Shown here in pieces: positions 32,249 through 42,327 of a DNA stretch of 64,000 bases. Each line of letters opens with the position of its first letter. The stretch's first letter is position 1. Source of the DNA: Spirochaetia bacterium (lineage in GTDB: Bacteria > Spirochaetota > Spirochaetia > UBA9216); assembly GCA_963677925.2 (NCBI GenBank), contig CAXXYH010000004.1:544001-608000 (forward strand). The letters are read 5' to 3'. The position numbers were made by a program, and so were the translations under genes. Under the pieces are notes generated by a model, which was not told where the DNA came from, did no database searches, and saw only the letters and a program-made list of their open reading frames with translations.

Positions 32249-32896
32249 ATGAAAGCTGTAAGAATGATAGTTATAAGTGTATTCAGTTTACTCCTGTTAA
32301 ATGGAGCTGAGCTTGATAAGGATCTGAAGAGCAGATTAGAGCTGGAGAAGCTGTGTCAGTCATATTCATTTATCCCTGAGGAGGAAGCATATACACATAT
32401 AGCAGGCGGATTTTTCTCAGTGTTTGAAGGGCGGGTGGGAAAAATCTTTAAGGAGTCAAAAACCCTTTCCGGTGAAAGCTTATTTAATCAGGTTGATAAC
32501 AGTCAGAATATCGGCTGTGTATGTATGAGCCTGAAAAAGATGGGGTATAACTCAAGGTTCAACTATAAGCTTGAAGGCAAATTAACTGTTTCTTTTTCTG
32601 ATGGAAATAAACAGAGTTTCTCAATGTCGGAAATTGATTATATTGATTCCGCCCATAAAGACCTGCCCTTCTACCGTATTAGTTTTATGCCTGCTGCAGG
32701 GAGTAATCATGAAATAAGTGAGGCATACTTTATCAGCTGCGCATCCGTAAGTTCCAAACCGTCTTTATACGGTCTGCTTGTAATAATCCGGGAAGACCAC
32801 TGGCCGGTTAACTACTATGTCAGAATAAGCGGCCGGAATGAACTTGATGCGGATGTACATCTTCATAAGGTTATTCAGGCTGTGAGTGATTTTTAA
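32249..32896 (+). CDS. Secreted hypothetical protein
   Basis: Purine-rich SD; N-terminal signal peptide; 215 aa. Confidence 0.65.
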   Translation: MKAVRMIVISVFSLLLLNGAELDKDLKSRLELEKLCQSYSFIPEEEAYTHIAGGFFSVFEGRVGKIFKESKTLSGESLFNQVDNSQNIGCVCMSLKKMGYNSRFNYKLEGKLTVSFSDGNKQSFSMSEIDYIDSAHKDLPFYRISFMPAAGSNHEISEAYFISCASVSSKPSLYGLLVIIREDHWPVNYYVRISGRNELDADVHLHKVIQAVSDF

Positions 32897-32908
32897 AAAC
32901 AATCCGGC

Positions 32909-33625
32909 TTAGGGAAATATCTGAAGCCAGGCCCATGAAAACGGCATGATCAGAACCAGGGAGGGGAGCATCCCTATAACCGGGAATGGAACCACTCCGC
33001 ATATTTTTAGACCTGTTGCAAGGAGGATGATACCTCCCGCAGCTGAAAAGTCGGCAAGCATTACAGGACTTACAAGGGGCATGATCCATGTCGCGGCAAA
33101 GAACAGCGCTGCCTGTAAGATAAACTGAGGTATTGCAACAAAGGCAAGGGTGTGCCCCAGAAAAGCCCCGAAGATTGCTGCAGTGAATAGGTCCAGTATT
33201 GCTTTAATAATCAGAAGGTTCGGATCTCCGGACATCCCCTCATTCAGGGCTCCGAGAATTCAGGTAGTACTCGCGCAGAATAGAACTATTACTGATATAA
33301 ACCTTTCCATATAAGCCATATGGTCGAGGGAATCTTTCGGCGGTTTAGAAATCTTTTCAACAATTGTTCTTGCATGACCGGCAAGGACTGTAACTCCTTC
33401 CTCCAGTTTTATCAGCTCACCGATTATTGTACCGATTATGATTGCAAGAATTACCGGAGGAAATAGATTCACTTTTACAATCATGGAAATACCGAGCCCC
33501 ATAGAAATACTTCCGAAAACCAGCGGGAGCCGTTCTTTCAGACGAATCGGGATGCGGTGTCCAAGTGTTGCGCCTATCAGGCTTCCTGCAATTATTCCTA
33601 TGCTGTTTACTATAGGTCCTGTCAT
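32909..33625 (-). pseudogene. DUF554 (YqgA/YdfK-like) membrane protein interrupted by one in-frame TGA
   Basis: The two ORF-track pieces are in the same frame and read ...LFCASTT*ILGALNEGMSGDP...; TGA (33260-33262) sits where the family usually has Gly. Confidence 0.85.
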
Positions 33626-33649
33626 TTAATAAAATTATCATGGTGAAAA

Positions 33650-35308
33650 TTAATATTCTATATCTACTGGGATATTTATTATTTTCTTCAGGTGTCTGAC
33701 AAAAAGCTGCGGTTTCAGCTTCTCTCTATTATTATGTGATTCCGGAATAAAAAGTATTGCGCGTTTAAGTTCGCTCTTTGTAACCTCCGGAAAATTTTTA
33801 AGTACAGTTTGGCTGACTTCCTTCTTCATATTATTTATAGCCTGTGTATTCCTGTATTCAATAAATTGCGGATATCGCTGCGAGTTTGCAAAAGGGCACC
33901 AGTCAAGCCGGAGCAGATCAATAATATACTGCAGTTCTTCTGCAGGAGCAGTCTCTGCCGTCTTAAGTAATCTTTCTCCCCAGTATTCCCATCGCTTAAT
34001 TTCTGTATCGGCGGGGGTGTCCGATCCTTTTCCACTTAAAATATCTTCTAGGAGCCTGAACCAGCCGCAGTATTTTTCCGCTAAAAAGTTCAGGCTCCGC
34101 CGGAAATAGCCGCTGTTATACAGGATTGATATAAGTTCTTCGAGTCTGTGAAAATGCTGAAGCTCAGAAAAACTGAAATCTGCCGAGTTTAAAATTTCAT
34201 ATGGCGGGGCGGCTGAAGCTTTTATCCTGTAGCTTTCTGTTTCGTTTTTCAGTGGGGTACCGGGAAGAACTTTAAGAAAGCCCGGCTGAAAGACCTCCGG
34301 TTTCAGAGACAGTATTCGGTCCATCGTTTCTGCGGCCTTTCGTGGCGTATCGCCGGGGAGCCCGATTATCTGATCAAGATGAACATGAAGTCCCGAATCC
34401 GCCGTGAGCTTTTTAATTTTTTTTTCAGATTCCATCCAGGAATCAGCGCGTCTGATATTTTTAAGCACAACCGGATCTGTAGACTGAATACCTATTTCAA
34501 GACGGGCAGTTCCCGGAGGGAGGTTAATCAGAAGGTCTATGTCTTCATCATCAAGAAGTGCCGGATGAATCTCAAAATGAAAGCAGCCCTTCGGCGGATT
34601 TTCTGTCATCATCCTCCAGATAAGTCGTGATATTGTTTTGTTATAGTTAAATGTACGATCCACAAACTTTACGGTGCCCTTAAATTCCGATAAAAGTTTA
34701 ATCTCTTCTATTATCTGATCCTTCTTACGGTACTCTGGCGGTTTTCTCGAAGCGGCCGACAGACAGTAGCTGCAGTTAAAAGCACAGCCCCGCGATGCTT
34801 CATAATAGATAAGTCTTCCTTCAAGTTCTTTTAAAAGCTCAGTGTCGTAGGGGAAGACCGTCTTAGAGAATTCAGCGGGATTAACTTTTACGATCTCAGC
34901 GGATTTATTCAGCGTTCGATCAAGTCCGGGTGAAGGGAGGAGCTTAGACAGAGCCGCTGCATAGTCTTCGGCGTTGCCGTCGAGGATGTAGTTCAGGCCG
35001 GGGAGCTTCTTCCAGTCACTGCTGTTGTATACGGCTTCAGGGCCGCCGCAGCAGATTACGGCATCTGGTTTGATATTTGCGAGATCCTGTATAATCTGTT
35101 TAATGTATTCTGCGTTCCATATGTAAACTGAAAAAATATAATGTGAATAATCAGTTTCAAGCAGTTTCTCGAGAAGTCCCCGCATCGATCTGTTGATATC
35201 CCATTCAATTAGAGAACATCTTCCTCTCAGTGCCCTTCGAAGATAGAGCAGTGCTAAGTTTGAGTGTGAATAGCGGGAGTTAACTGCTATTAAAGCCGGG
35301 TTCACCAT
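33650..35308 (-). CDS. B12-binding-like radical SAM protein (DUF4080 type)
   Basis: HSNLAL, FSVYIWN, GGPE, YYEASRGCAFNCSYCLS, KFVDRTFN, EIGIQS. Confidence 0.88.
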   Translation of the reverse strand: MVNPALIAVNSRYSHSNLALLYLRRALRGRCSLIEWDINRSMRGLLEKLLETDYSHYIFSVYIWNAEYIKQIIQDLANIKPDAVICCGGPEAVYNSSDWKKLPGLNYILDGNAEDYAAALSKLLPSPGLDRTLNKSAEIVKVNPAEFSKTVFPYDTELLKELEGRLIYYEASRGCAFNCSYCLSAASRKPPEYRKKDQIIEEIKLLSEFKGTVKFVDRTFNYNKTISRLIWRMMTENPPKGCFHFEIHPALLDDEDIDLLINLPPGTARLEIGIQSTDPVVLKNIRRADSWMESEKKIKKLTADSGLHVHLDQIIGLPGDTPRKAAETMDRILSLKPEVFQPGFLKVLPGTPLKNETESYRIKASAAPPYEILNSADFSFSELQHFHRLEELISILYNSGYFRRSLNFLAEKYCGWFRLLEDILSGKGSDTPADTEIKRWEYWGERLLKTAETAPAEELQYIIDLLRLDWCPFANSQRYPQFIEYRNTQAINNMKKEVSQTVLKNFPEVTKSELKRAILFIPESHNNREKLKPQLFVRHLKKIINIPVDIEY

Positions 35309-35345
35309 AATCTATATTAGCATAAAATTGATGAACCGTTATGAG

Positions 35346-36341
35346 CTATGGCGTTTCGATGTTGTAAAACAGACTGTTGAATTCAGCCATTTCCGATTCA
35401 AGGTCATAATCTACTTTTTCGGGATAAAGTACCGCCTGCAGCCAGAGAATGCCTGCTACCCGATTTACGGAAGGCGGCTTTGCAAATATATCGAAAGGAA
35501 TGTGCGGAACTACTTCCACCTTCGCGCCCAGAGACTTCCATGCCGGCTTGTTGTAAACGCTGCCTTCGTTTGCCGGAGAATTACCGAAGGAGCCGGCTAT
35601 AATATACTCAGGCTGCCATCCTGCAAGTTCTTCAAATGATATAGTCATGTGTCCGATTTTTTTGAGGTAGGGAACTTTCACCACATTTACAGCGCCGCAG
35701 AGCTCCATATATTCCGACAGGCTTGTTCCGGTCGGATATGTTTTTAGTCCGTCTGCATCAAGGCTATAAAAGATTGTTTTCTTTTCGCTGTCTGAAAGAG
35801 TTGCCGTTAGAGCTTTCGCACGGTCAATTACATTCCGGCAGTAAGCTGCAAGTTCTGCCGCCCGTTCTTCTTTACCGCAGATTTTACCAAGTAATTTATA
35901 GGCGGCATCAACCTTGTTCAAATCTCCATCGATTACTACGACCGATATCTGAAACCGATTCTGAATCTCATCGGCCTTTGTGATTAAATCTCCAGTAAGG
36001 TCACCCATTAGAAGTATAAGCTGCGGGTTGGCAAGAAAGACTTCTTCCTCACTGATGGCCTTTCCGTTTCCGTAAAGAGTTCCGTATTTAGGAAGATTGC
36101 GGACAGGTGCCGGAAGCAGAGGTTTAACATCCTTGTAAAGAGTCAGATTCCATCCGGCCATTTCTGTATAATCCATGGTGTAAAGAAATACAGCCGCTGT
36201 GGGATTTGCCGTAAAAATTGTTTTTATTTCTGAAGCTTCAGGCAGTTTAATCTGCCGTCCGGCCATATCTGTCATATTTCTTTCGGCGAATACCGAATAT
36301 CCTGCTGTAATTAATAGAAGAAAAACTATTACTTTTTTCAT
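35346..36341 (-). CDS. Iron-chelate/cobalamin ABC substrate-binding protein
   Basis: Signal peptide; TDMAGRQIKLP; SFEELAGWQPE; KPPSVNR. Confidence 0.88.
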   Translation of the reverse strand: MKKVIVFLLLITAGYSVFAERNMTDMAGRQIKLPEASEIKTIFTANPTAAVFLYTMDYTEMAGWNLTLYKDVKPLLPAPVRNLPKYGTLYGNGKAISEEEVFLANPQLILLMGDLTGDLITKADEIQNRFQISVVVIDGDLNKVDAAYKLLGKICGKEERAAELAAYCRNVIDRAKALTATLSDSEKKTIFYSLDADGLKTYPTGTSLSEYMELCGAVNVVKVPYLKKIGHMTISFEELAGWQPEYIIAGSFGNSPANEGSVYNKPAWKSLGAKVEVVPHIPFDIFAKPPSVNRVAGILWLQAVLYPEKVDYDLESEMAEFNSLFYNIETP

Positions 36342-37147
36342 GATATCTTCTCCATATTATAAATTGATGGTTTAAACATGGGGCCGCAATGGCTTGTTCC
36401 ATTCTCATCCCTGACCACCGCTATCGGCGTTGCGTATATTCTGGAAAGGGTTTCCCCTTTTATTACGTCTTCAGCCTCGCCGCTGGCAATGATTGAACCC
36501 TTATGAAGGATAATTGTCCTGGCCTGCAGCCACAGGCTGTGCTGCGGAAAATGGCTGCTCATTAGAATTCCCATACCCTCTGATGCGAGTTCCTCAATCA
36601 CTTTGAGTACCTTAATCTGATTTCCAAGATCAAGATTTGCCACCGGTTCATCAAGAACCATATACTCAGCCGACTGAACAAGAGCCCGGGCTATCAGAAC
36701 AAGCCTCTGCTCTCCGCCGGACAGTTTGGTGAAGATTTCATTCATACAGTCTGTCAGCGACAGCCTCTCAAGAACCCTTTCTGCTTTTTCATAATCTTCG
36801 CGGGACGGTTCGGCAAAGATTCCCCTGCAGTACTGTCTTCCGAGTACAACCATGTCCAGGACTGTAAGCGGCAGCCCCGGTTTGTGTGACTGCGGTACGT
36901 ATGATATTCTTGCTGCACGTTCACCGTGTTTCAATCCTGAAAGATTTGCACCGTTTACCAGAACTGATCCTGTTCTTGATTTCTTGAGCTGGCAGATAGC
37001 TTTTATAAGGGTTGTCTTACCTTCTCCGTTTGCACCGAGGATGGTTACTATCCTGCCTTTTTCAACTTCAAAAGAGATATCTTTAACTATGGTTTTAGGG
37101 CCGTATCCCAATGTGAGGTTGTTAACTGATAAAGCCTTGGCTGTCAT
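36338..37147 (-). CDS. Iron-chelate/cobalamin ABC ATPase (FecE/BtuD family)
   Basis: GANGEGKTT, LSGGEQRLVLIARAL, LDEPVANLD. Confidence 0.92.
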   Translation of the reverse strand: MTAKALSVNNLTLGYGPKTIVKDISFEVEKGRIVTILGANGEGKTTLIKAICQLKKSRTGSVLVNGANLSGLKHGERAARISYVPQSHKPGLPLTVLDMVVLGRQYCRGIFAEPSREDYEKAERVLERLSLTDCMNEIFTKLSGGEQRLVLIARALVQSAEYMVLDEPVANLDLGNQIKVLKVIEELASEGMGILMSSHFPQHSLWLQARTIILHKGSIIASGEAEDVIKGETLSRIYATPIAVVRDENGTSHCGPMFKPSIYNMEKIS

Positions 37148-38166
37148 CGGGCGCCTCCTTTCTGTCTTAAAATTACAAGAGCGAAAAACGGAGCTCCGAT
37201 AAGCGCCGTCATTATACCAAGTGGAAATTCAAGAGGGGACAGTGTCCGTACCGCTGTATCTATAATTAGAAGGTATCCTGCCCCTGCGATGAGGGAATAT
37301 ACAAAAAGGTTTCCAAAGCGTATGCCGGGATGTATCAGTCTCACAAGGTGGGGGACAACAAGCCCGACCCAGCCTATCACACCGCTCTGCGAAACTGCAG
37401 CTGAAGTCATGAGTGATGAAAAGATGATTACCGCATACCGGTAGGGTGCAGGATTTATTCCCATTGTCAGAAGCTCTTCCTCATCCAGAGAGAGTGCGGT
37501 AATTTTCCAGCGCAGTCCATAAAGACAGAGGCTGCTGATTACAACTACAATCCCTGTAAAGAGAGTTCCGCCAAGTTCGCTTCCTGAAAGTGAGCCCATT
37601 AGCCAGTACGTAATAGCCGGCAGAGTATTCAGCGGATCGGCTGTGAATTTCAGCAGGGATATCAGTGCAGTGAAAAATGTGCTCACAAGCATCCCCGATA
37701 AAACCAGCATCAGAATCCTGCTTCGTCTGTTTGAAAATGATGCGACAGACATTGCAGCAAGTACAGCAAGGGTTCCGGTTGTGAAGGCTCCTGCCTGAAT
37801 AAGCCATGGGGATAGTCCGAGCAGGATGGCAAGTGCAGCGCCGAAGGCGGCCCCTGATGAAGCCCCCATTACGGAGGGTGAAACCATCGGATTTTTAAAT
37901 ACCGTCTGAAAAAGGGTTCCCGCACCGGAGAGCGCTGCTCCTGTGAACAATGCTGCAAGTATACGCGGAAGTCTGACATTAAGCAGAATGATGGATGCGG
38001 CATTATTATCAGATCTGGACAAAATGATATCCAGAAGCTGTGAAATGCTGATGGGATAGCGCCCCAGGAGGAGGGCTGCTGAACTGAGGATCAGAAGAAG
38101 GAGTATTCCTCTGCTCCATATTAAAAAGGCTGAATAGTTCTGATTCCCCGAAATCTGCGCTGTCAT
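37144..38166 (-). CDS. FecCD/BtuC-family ABC permease
   Basis: VRLPRIL, FKNPMVSP..GASSGA, IGWVGLVVPH, GAPFF. Confidence 0.92.
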   Translation of the reverse strand: MTAQISGNQNYSAFLIWSRGILLLLILSSAALLLGRYPISISQLLDIILSRSDNNAASIILLNVRLPRILAALFTGAALSGAGTLFQTVFKNPMVSPSVMGASSGAAFGAALAILLGLSPWLIQAGAFTTGTLAVLAAMSVASFSNRRSRILMLVLSGMLVSTFFTALISLLKFTADPLNTLPAITYWLMGSLSGSELGGTLFTGIVVVISSLCLYGLRWKITALSLDEEELLTMGINPAPYRYAVIIFSSLMTSAAVSQSGVIGWVGLVVPHLVRLIHPGIRFGNLFVYSLIAGAGYLLIIDTAVRTLSPLEFPLGIMTALIGAPFFALVILRQKGGAR

Positions 38167-38406
38167 GCAGTATATTATGCAAAAATCGAGCCAAGTCTAG
38201 GAAATATTCTGTAACAGCAGAGATTGAAGAATAAAAATAAATTAAAACAGATAATTCAGCTGGGTGAATCAATGATTACCGGTTGGTATTGGTCCGGTTT
38301 GCACTTTCCGGTTGAAGTTCTGCCTCCTTCCGGTAATAATTTGGTTACCTTTATGTAGGAAAGAGCTGATTATGTACAGATATGTAAGAATTTACCTGAA
38401 GGTAAT

Positions 38407-39075
38407 TTATCTGCCTATCGTGTACAGGTAGGCTATCTGCAGAAAAGCTCTCCAGCCAGGCTGATTTACTGCAGTGTCGGCATCTTCATACGTGTAGTCA
38501 TTGCGCGGGCGCTCATCAAGCCCGTCAGGAGTATAATAGTAGGTTCCGTGTGCATCCAGCTGTGATTTAAAGAAGTATTCGCCACCGCCCTTGAGAAGAA
38601 GGGTGCTGCTTGAGTCATTTATCGGGAAACGCAGTGCTGCACCCGCCCCGATACCGAAAGGATCAGATGTGACGGTGAACGCTTCGTTATTTCCGATAAA
38701 TGCATAGTGTGCAGAGTAGTAATTCCATAGCCCGGAAACTGTAACTTCAAGAAAGAGCTTTTCGGAAGGCGTCCACTTCCAGCCTAAATCCATGGCTGCA
38801 AGATAAGATTCGCCGTACTTTTCAATATTTCCGCCTGTGTTGTCATTTATGAATATCGCCCTGGCATCTGTTGCATTGCCCGGATCAAGCTGATACACAT
38901 ATCCGCCCCGTGCCTGTATGAAAAACGGGAAATCTGATGATTCTTCTTCAAGCCTCAAAGCGAGGGAAACACCGGTATCTCCGTAATAGCCGGCACTGAT
39001 TTCATGGAAGGGTTCCAGAGCAAAAACTGATATAGATATAAGAATGAATAGAGTTATAAATAAAACTTTTTTCAT
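38407..39075 (-). CDS. Putative outer-membrane beta-barrel protein
   Basis: Signal peptide; alternating aromatic/Gly beta-strand pattern; C-terminal AFLQIAYLY. Confidence 0.6.
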   Translation of the reverse strand: MKKVLFITLFILISISVFALEPFHEISAGYYGDTGVSLALRLEEESSDFPFFIQARGGYVYQLDPGNATDARAIFINDNTGGNIEKYGESYLAAMDLGWKWTPSEKLFLEVTVSGLWNYYSAHYAFIGNNEAFTVTSDPFGIGAGAALRFPINDSSSTLLLKGGGEYFFKSQLDAHGTYYYTPDGLDERPRNDYTYEDADTAVNQPGWRAFLQIAYLYTIGR

Positions 39076-39145
39076 GATAACCTGCCTTACAGGATAATAT
39101 ACATATAATATAACTCAAAGATAAGAAAAATTTTATATAGAAACA

Positions 39146-40207
39146 TTAAAAACCTGAAAAACCAAGACCCGGCAGATCTGACGGAGAGAGGCTTCCTCTG
39201 TTCAGCAGCACAGTTCCCTCGGCTGGATCTTCAAGAATGTCCAGATGACCGTCGAGATCGGCATAAAGGATGTTTCTGCTGCTGAGTGCAAAATGAAGAC
39301 CGGCCGAGATGCTTAAGGCTGACTCATCCATGCAGCCGACCATGACCTTTATCCGGGCTGAGCGGGCAACGCTGTTTACCTGAATTGCGTCGGAGATGCC
39401 GCCTGTTTTCATCAATTTAATATTAAGCATATCAACAAGCCCCTTTTTTGCCAGCTTGAATGCATCCATTAAGGAAATAAGGCTTTCATCAGCCATGACC
39501 GGAACCGGAGACCGGCTGGTAATGGCGCCCAGGGAGTGTGAGTCTTCCTTGATTGTCGGCTGTTCAAGAACTTCAAGCGGGACGGTCCTGACTCTCTCAA
39601 GGAACAGCAGAGTCTGTTCCCTGCTGTAGCCCTGGTTGGCATCAAAGCGCAGCCGGATATTTTTACCCCAGCGTTCCTGAAGCTTGATAAGTCGGTATGC
39701 GTCTTCTTCAAAGTCATTTCCGCCTTTAACTTTCAGGATGTTAAATCCCTGCGAAATAAAGTTTTCAGCCTGTTTTTCAGTTTCATCTGCAGAGCAGATT
39801 CCTATGGTTACACTGGTTTCTATTCTGGAGCGATATCCTCCAAGAAGTTTCCATAGCGGCAGATCCGCCTGTTTTCCCAGAAGATCCCATAGCGCCATGT
39901 CTACTGCTGCCCAGATTCCCGGATATTCAGGAAAGGCTTTATGGATCTTCTCCATTATTTTACCGCGCCTGAAGGGATCTCCTCCTTTAAGAAGTTCAGG
40001 CAGCTGTGCAGCCGCTTCCGGAAAGATATGTTCGACAACTTCACCGGTCACGAAGGGGTCAGGTGCCATACAGCCCCAGCCGCAGAGACGGCCGGTGTCG
40101 ATCTGTATGAAGATGTGATCTGCATGATCGAAATGATTATATGCAATTGTATAGGGAACTTTCAGCTTCAGAGAACGACGGGTAACATTGACTTTCAGAA
40201 TTTTCAT
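39146..40207 (-). CDS. Enolase-superfamily dipeptide epimerase / N-acyl-amino-acid racemase (DgcA/YcjG-like)
   Basis: LKVKGG, RFDANQG, EQP, ADES, NIKLMKTGG, MVGCMDE, YADLDG. Confidence 0.9.
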   Translation of the reverse strand: MKILKVNVTRRSLKLKVPYTIAYNHFDHADHIFIQIDTGRLCGWGCMAPDPFVTGEVVEHIFPEAAAQLPELLKGGDPFRRGKIMEKIHKAFPEYPGIWAAVDMALWDLLGKQADLPLWKLLGGYRSRIETSVTIGICSADETEKQAENFISQGFNILKVKGGNDFEEDAYRLIKLQERWGKNIRLRFDANQGYSREQTLLFLERVRTVPLEVLEQPTIKEDSHSLGAITSRSPVPVMADESLISLMDAFKLAKKGLVDMLNIKLMKTGGISDAIQVNSVARSARIKVMVGCMDESALSISAGLHFALSSRNILYADLDGHLDILEDPAEGTVLLNRGSLSPSDLPGLGFSGF

Positions 40208-41265
40208 AGTGACTGTATTGCTTTTAAAATCCCTTCACAGGACTGTGTAAGCGGGTCGCATGCCGGTATTCCGTGCTGATCCTCAAGGCTTCTGCAGACA
40301 GTTTCTATCGCTGCGGGATCCATTTCTTCATGGTTGATTGTTATGCCGATAACCTTCTTTTTTGAAAGGAACTCGGCAAGGAAAATCTGATCTTTTAGAG
40401 AATCGATCGGGTATCCGGGGAAGCCGTCATACTCCTTCCTTGCAGGTGCGTGCTGCATGATAATTCCGTGGGGCCGGGTTGCCGCGAGTATTTCAAATCC
40501 GCCGGGATAGCCCGGATTCATTAAACTTCCCTGTCCTTCTATAACAAGGAAATCCGGCTTTATCTCATTCCAGGCTGTCCATGTTGTGTGTTCAAGTTCA
40601 CCGCTTACATAGTCATTTATAAGCGAATCAAGAACCATACTGTAGCGTGCTCCCTGCAGCCATGCTGTCTGTCCGGTTCCAATCAGCTCGGCACTTCTCC
40701 CTGCTTCCTGCAGGCCGTGAACTATTATCCATGCAGTGGTGCGTTTTCCCAGTGCGGAATCTGTTCCCATCAGAGCGATACGTCTGGACGTCACTTCCTC
40801 AATTTTACCGCTGAACATATGGTTGCTCTCAGCGCCGGGGCGCCGGATATCTCTGAGCTTCAAACCCTTGCTTTCTGCTAGTTTTGAAATTTCAGGGTCG
40901 TCCTGCATATAGTCGTGGAGGCCTGAATCGGCATTAAGTCCGGCATTCAGGGCTTCTTTCACCGCAGCTCGGACTTCCCTGGTCATATAGCCTCCGTCGG
41001 TTGCAAGGCCTATAACAAAATGGGTAAGTTCTTTACCCTGTTTTTTTCCGGCGGAGACAGCGCTTTTAAGATCCTTGACTATTGGGATACCGTTTTTCTT
41101 TCGATCAAGGAGTTCTCCGGCGTCGGGAGCCCCATCTATACTGCTGTCAATAACAGCAATCACATTATACCGCTCTGTGAAGCGGACAAGCCCGTGGGCG
41201 GTCTTTCCGTAGGTATTAAGAAAAGAGTTTTCGCAGTATATTGCTGCATTTCCTTCAGCTTTCAT
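40204..41265 (-). CDS. DUF1611 protein (DgcN-like N-acetyltransferase)
   Basis: GKTAHGLVR, SGLH, GTDSALGKRTT, GTGQT, IEGQGSL..P. Confidence 0.88.
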   Translation of the reverse strand: MKAEGNAAIYCENSFLNTYGKTAHGLVRFTERYNVIAVIDSSIDGAPDAGELLDRKKNGIPIVKDLKSAVSAGKKQGKELTHFVIGLATDGGYMTREVRAAVKEALNAGLNADSGLHDYMQDDPEISKLAESKGLKLRDIRRPGAESNHMFSGKIEEVTSRRIALMGTDSALGKRTTAWIIVHGLQEAGRSAELIGTGQTAWLQGARYSMVLDSLINDYVSGELEHTTWTAWNEIKPDFLVIEGQGSLMNPGYPGGFEILAATRPHGIIMQHAPARKEYDGFPGYPIDSLKDQIFLAEFLSKKKVIGITINHEEMDPAAIETVCRSLEDQHGIPACDPLTQSCEGILKAIQSL

Positions 41266-42327
41266 CTATTTCCTTCCCGTTAAAACGGCAACATATCTGT
41301 CTCCGGGCAGCGGAGACTGTTTATTCCACTCAAGAAGGGCACAGAGTCCTGCGGTAGAAGCCGGCAGTACCGAAAGCCCCTCATTTGTTTTTATGAAGTG
41401 TGAAAATGACATCATTGTCTTGTCTGAGACATCAAAGGCTTTTCCGCCTTCCGATTTGATAGCCTGGAAGGCAAGCTCTCCATCGATCGAGTGCCAGTTG
41501 ATAAGCGGTTCGTTGATTACGCTTTCCTTGATCTTGGATGGAGATAGATCTATGCAGTGATCTGCTCCATGAATAATGCTCGTCACAATCGGGTTTTTCC
41601 GGGCGGCGGAACCGGCAATCATTTTAGGAATACGGGAGGTCTTTCCTCGCCGGTATAATGTCTGAAAGCCCTTGTAGATGCCGGCGAGAGTTGTTCCGTT
41701 GGATACCGGCAGTGCTACAGCTGCAGGGGCATCCCTGAGTTCATCGTAGATTTCGAAGGCTATTTCGCCATAAGCTTTCAGCTGAATATCGATGTTTATT
41801 ACACCGGGGTTTGCATCGTAAAGATCCTGCTCCTGGGCAATCCTGCTTGAAATTACTATTGCTTCTTCATAATCATGGCCGGCACGGATAATCTTTGCGC
41901 CCCATTTAAGCATTTCCTGTTCGCGGGGAGTGTGATAGGTTTCAGGGATATAGATAAGGCATTCAAGCCCGGCGAGTGAGGCGGCAAATGCCATCGCTGC
42001 ACCGTAATTTCCGCAGGTTGCGAATACTATTTTTTCGTAACCCTGACGGAAAGCATCCTCGACCTGTGCGAAGGCAATGCGATCTTTCTGGGTTCCGGAC
42101 GGATTGGAGCCTTCAAACTTCAGAAAGACCTGTCTAAGACCGTATTCTCTCTCGAGGTTTCTTGCCCGGGACATAAGCGTATCCCCGACTTCCGAGGCTA
42201 TGATATCACCGTATGCTTCCGCACGCTGGGCGATAGTCAGGCGGGTATTTAAAACCTGGTCTTTCAGGTTTCCAATTTCGTCATAAACCGAGTTCAGCTG
42301 TCCCCGGGCTTCATCCAACAGACGCAC
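41266..42327 (-). CDS. Fold-type II PLP enzyme, threonine-synthase-like
   Basis: KFEGSNPSGTQKDR, ATCGNYG, PVSNGTT, PAST; GTG start at 42327 after GGAGG. Confidence 0.85.
   Translation of the reverse strand: MRLLDEARGQLNSVYDEIGNLKDQVLNTRLTIAQRAEAYGDIIASEVGDTLMSRARNLEREYGLRQVFLKFEGSNPSGTQKDRIAFAQVEDAFRQGYEKIVFATCGNYGAAMAFAASLAGLECLIYIPETYHTPREQEMLKWGAKIIRAGHDYEEAIVISSRIAQEQDLYDANPGVINIDIQLKAYGEIAFEIYDELRDAPAAVALPVSNGTTLAGIYKGFQTLYRRGKTSRIPKMIAGSAARKNPIVTSIIHGADHCIDLSPSKIKESVINEPLINWHSIDGELAFQAIKSEGGKAFDVSDKTMMSFSHFIKTNEGLSVLPASTAGLCALLEWNKQSPLPGDRYVAVLTGRK

Noticed and set aside
33260-33262. Alternative genetic code (TGA=Gly) or Sec in the DUF554 gene
   Set aside because: TGA ends many genes at expected family lengths in this window, and the position is a Gly site rather than a Cys site.
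38167-38406. Cobalamin or c-di-GMP riboswitch upstream of the FecCD operon
   Set aside because: The conserved core motifs could not be assembled; only partial words such as GCAAA match.
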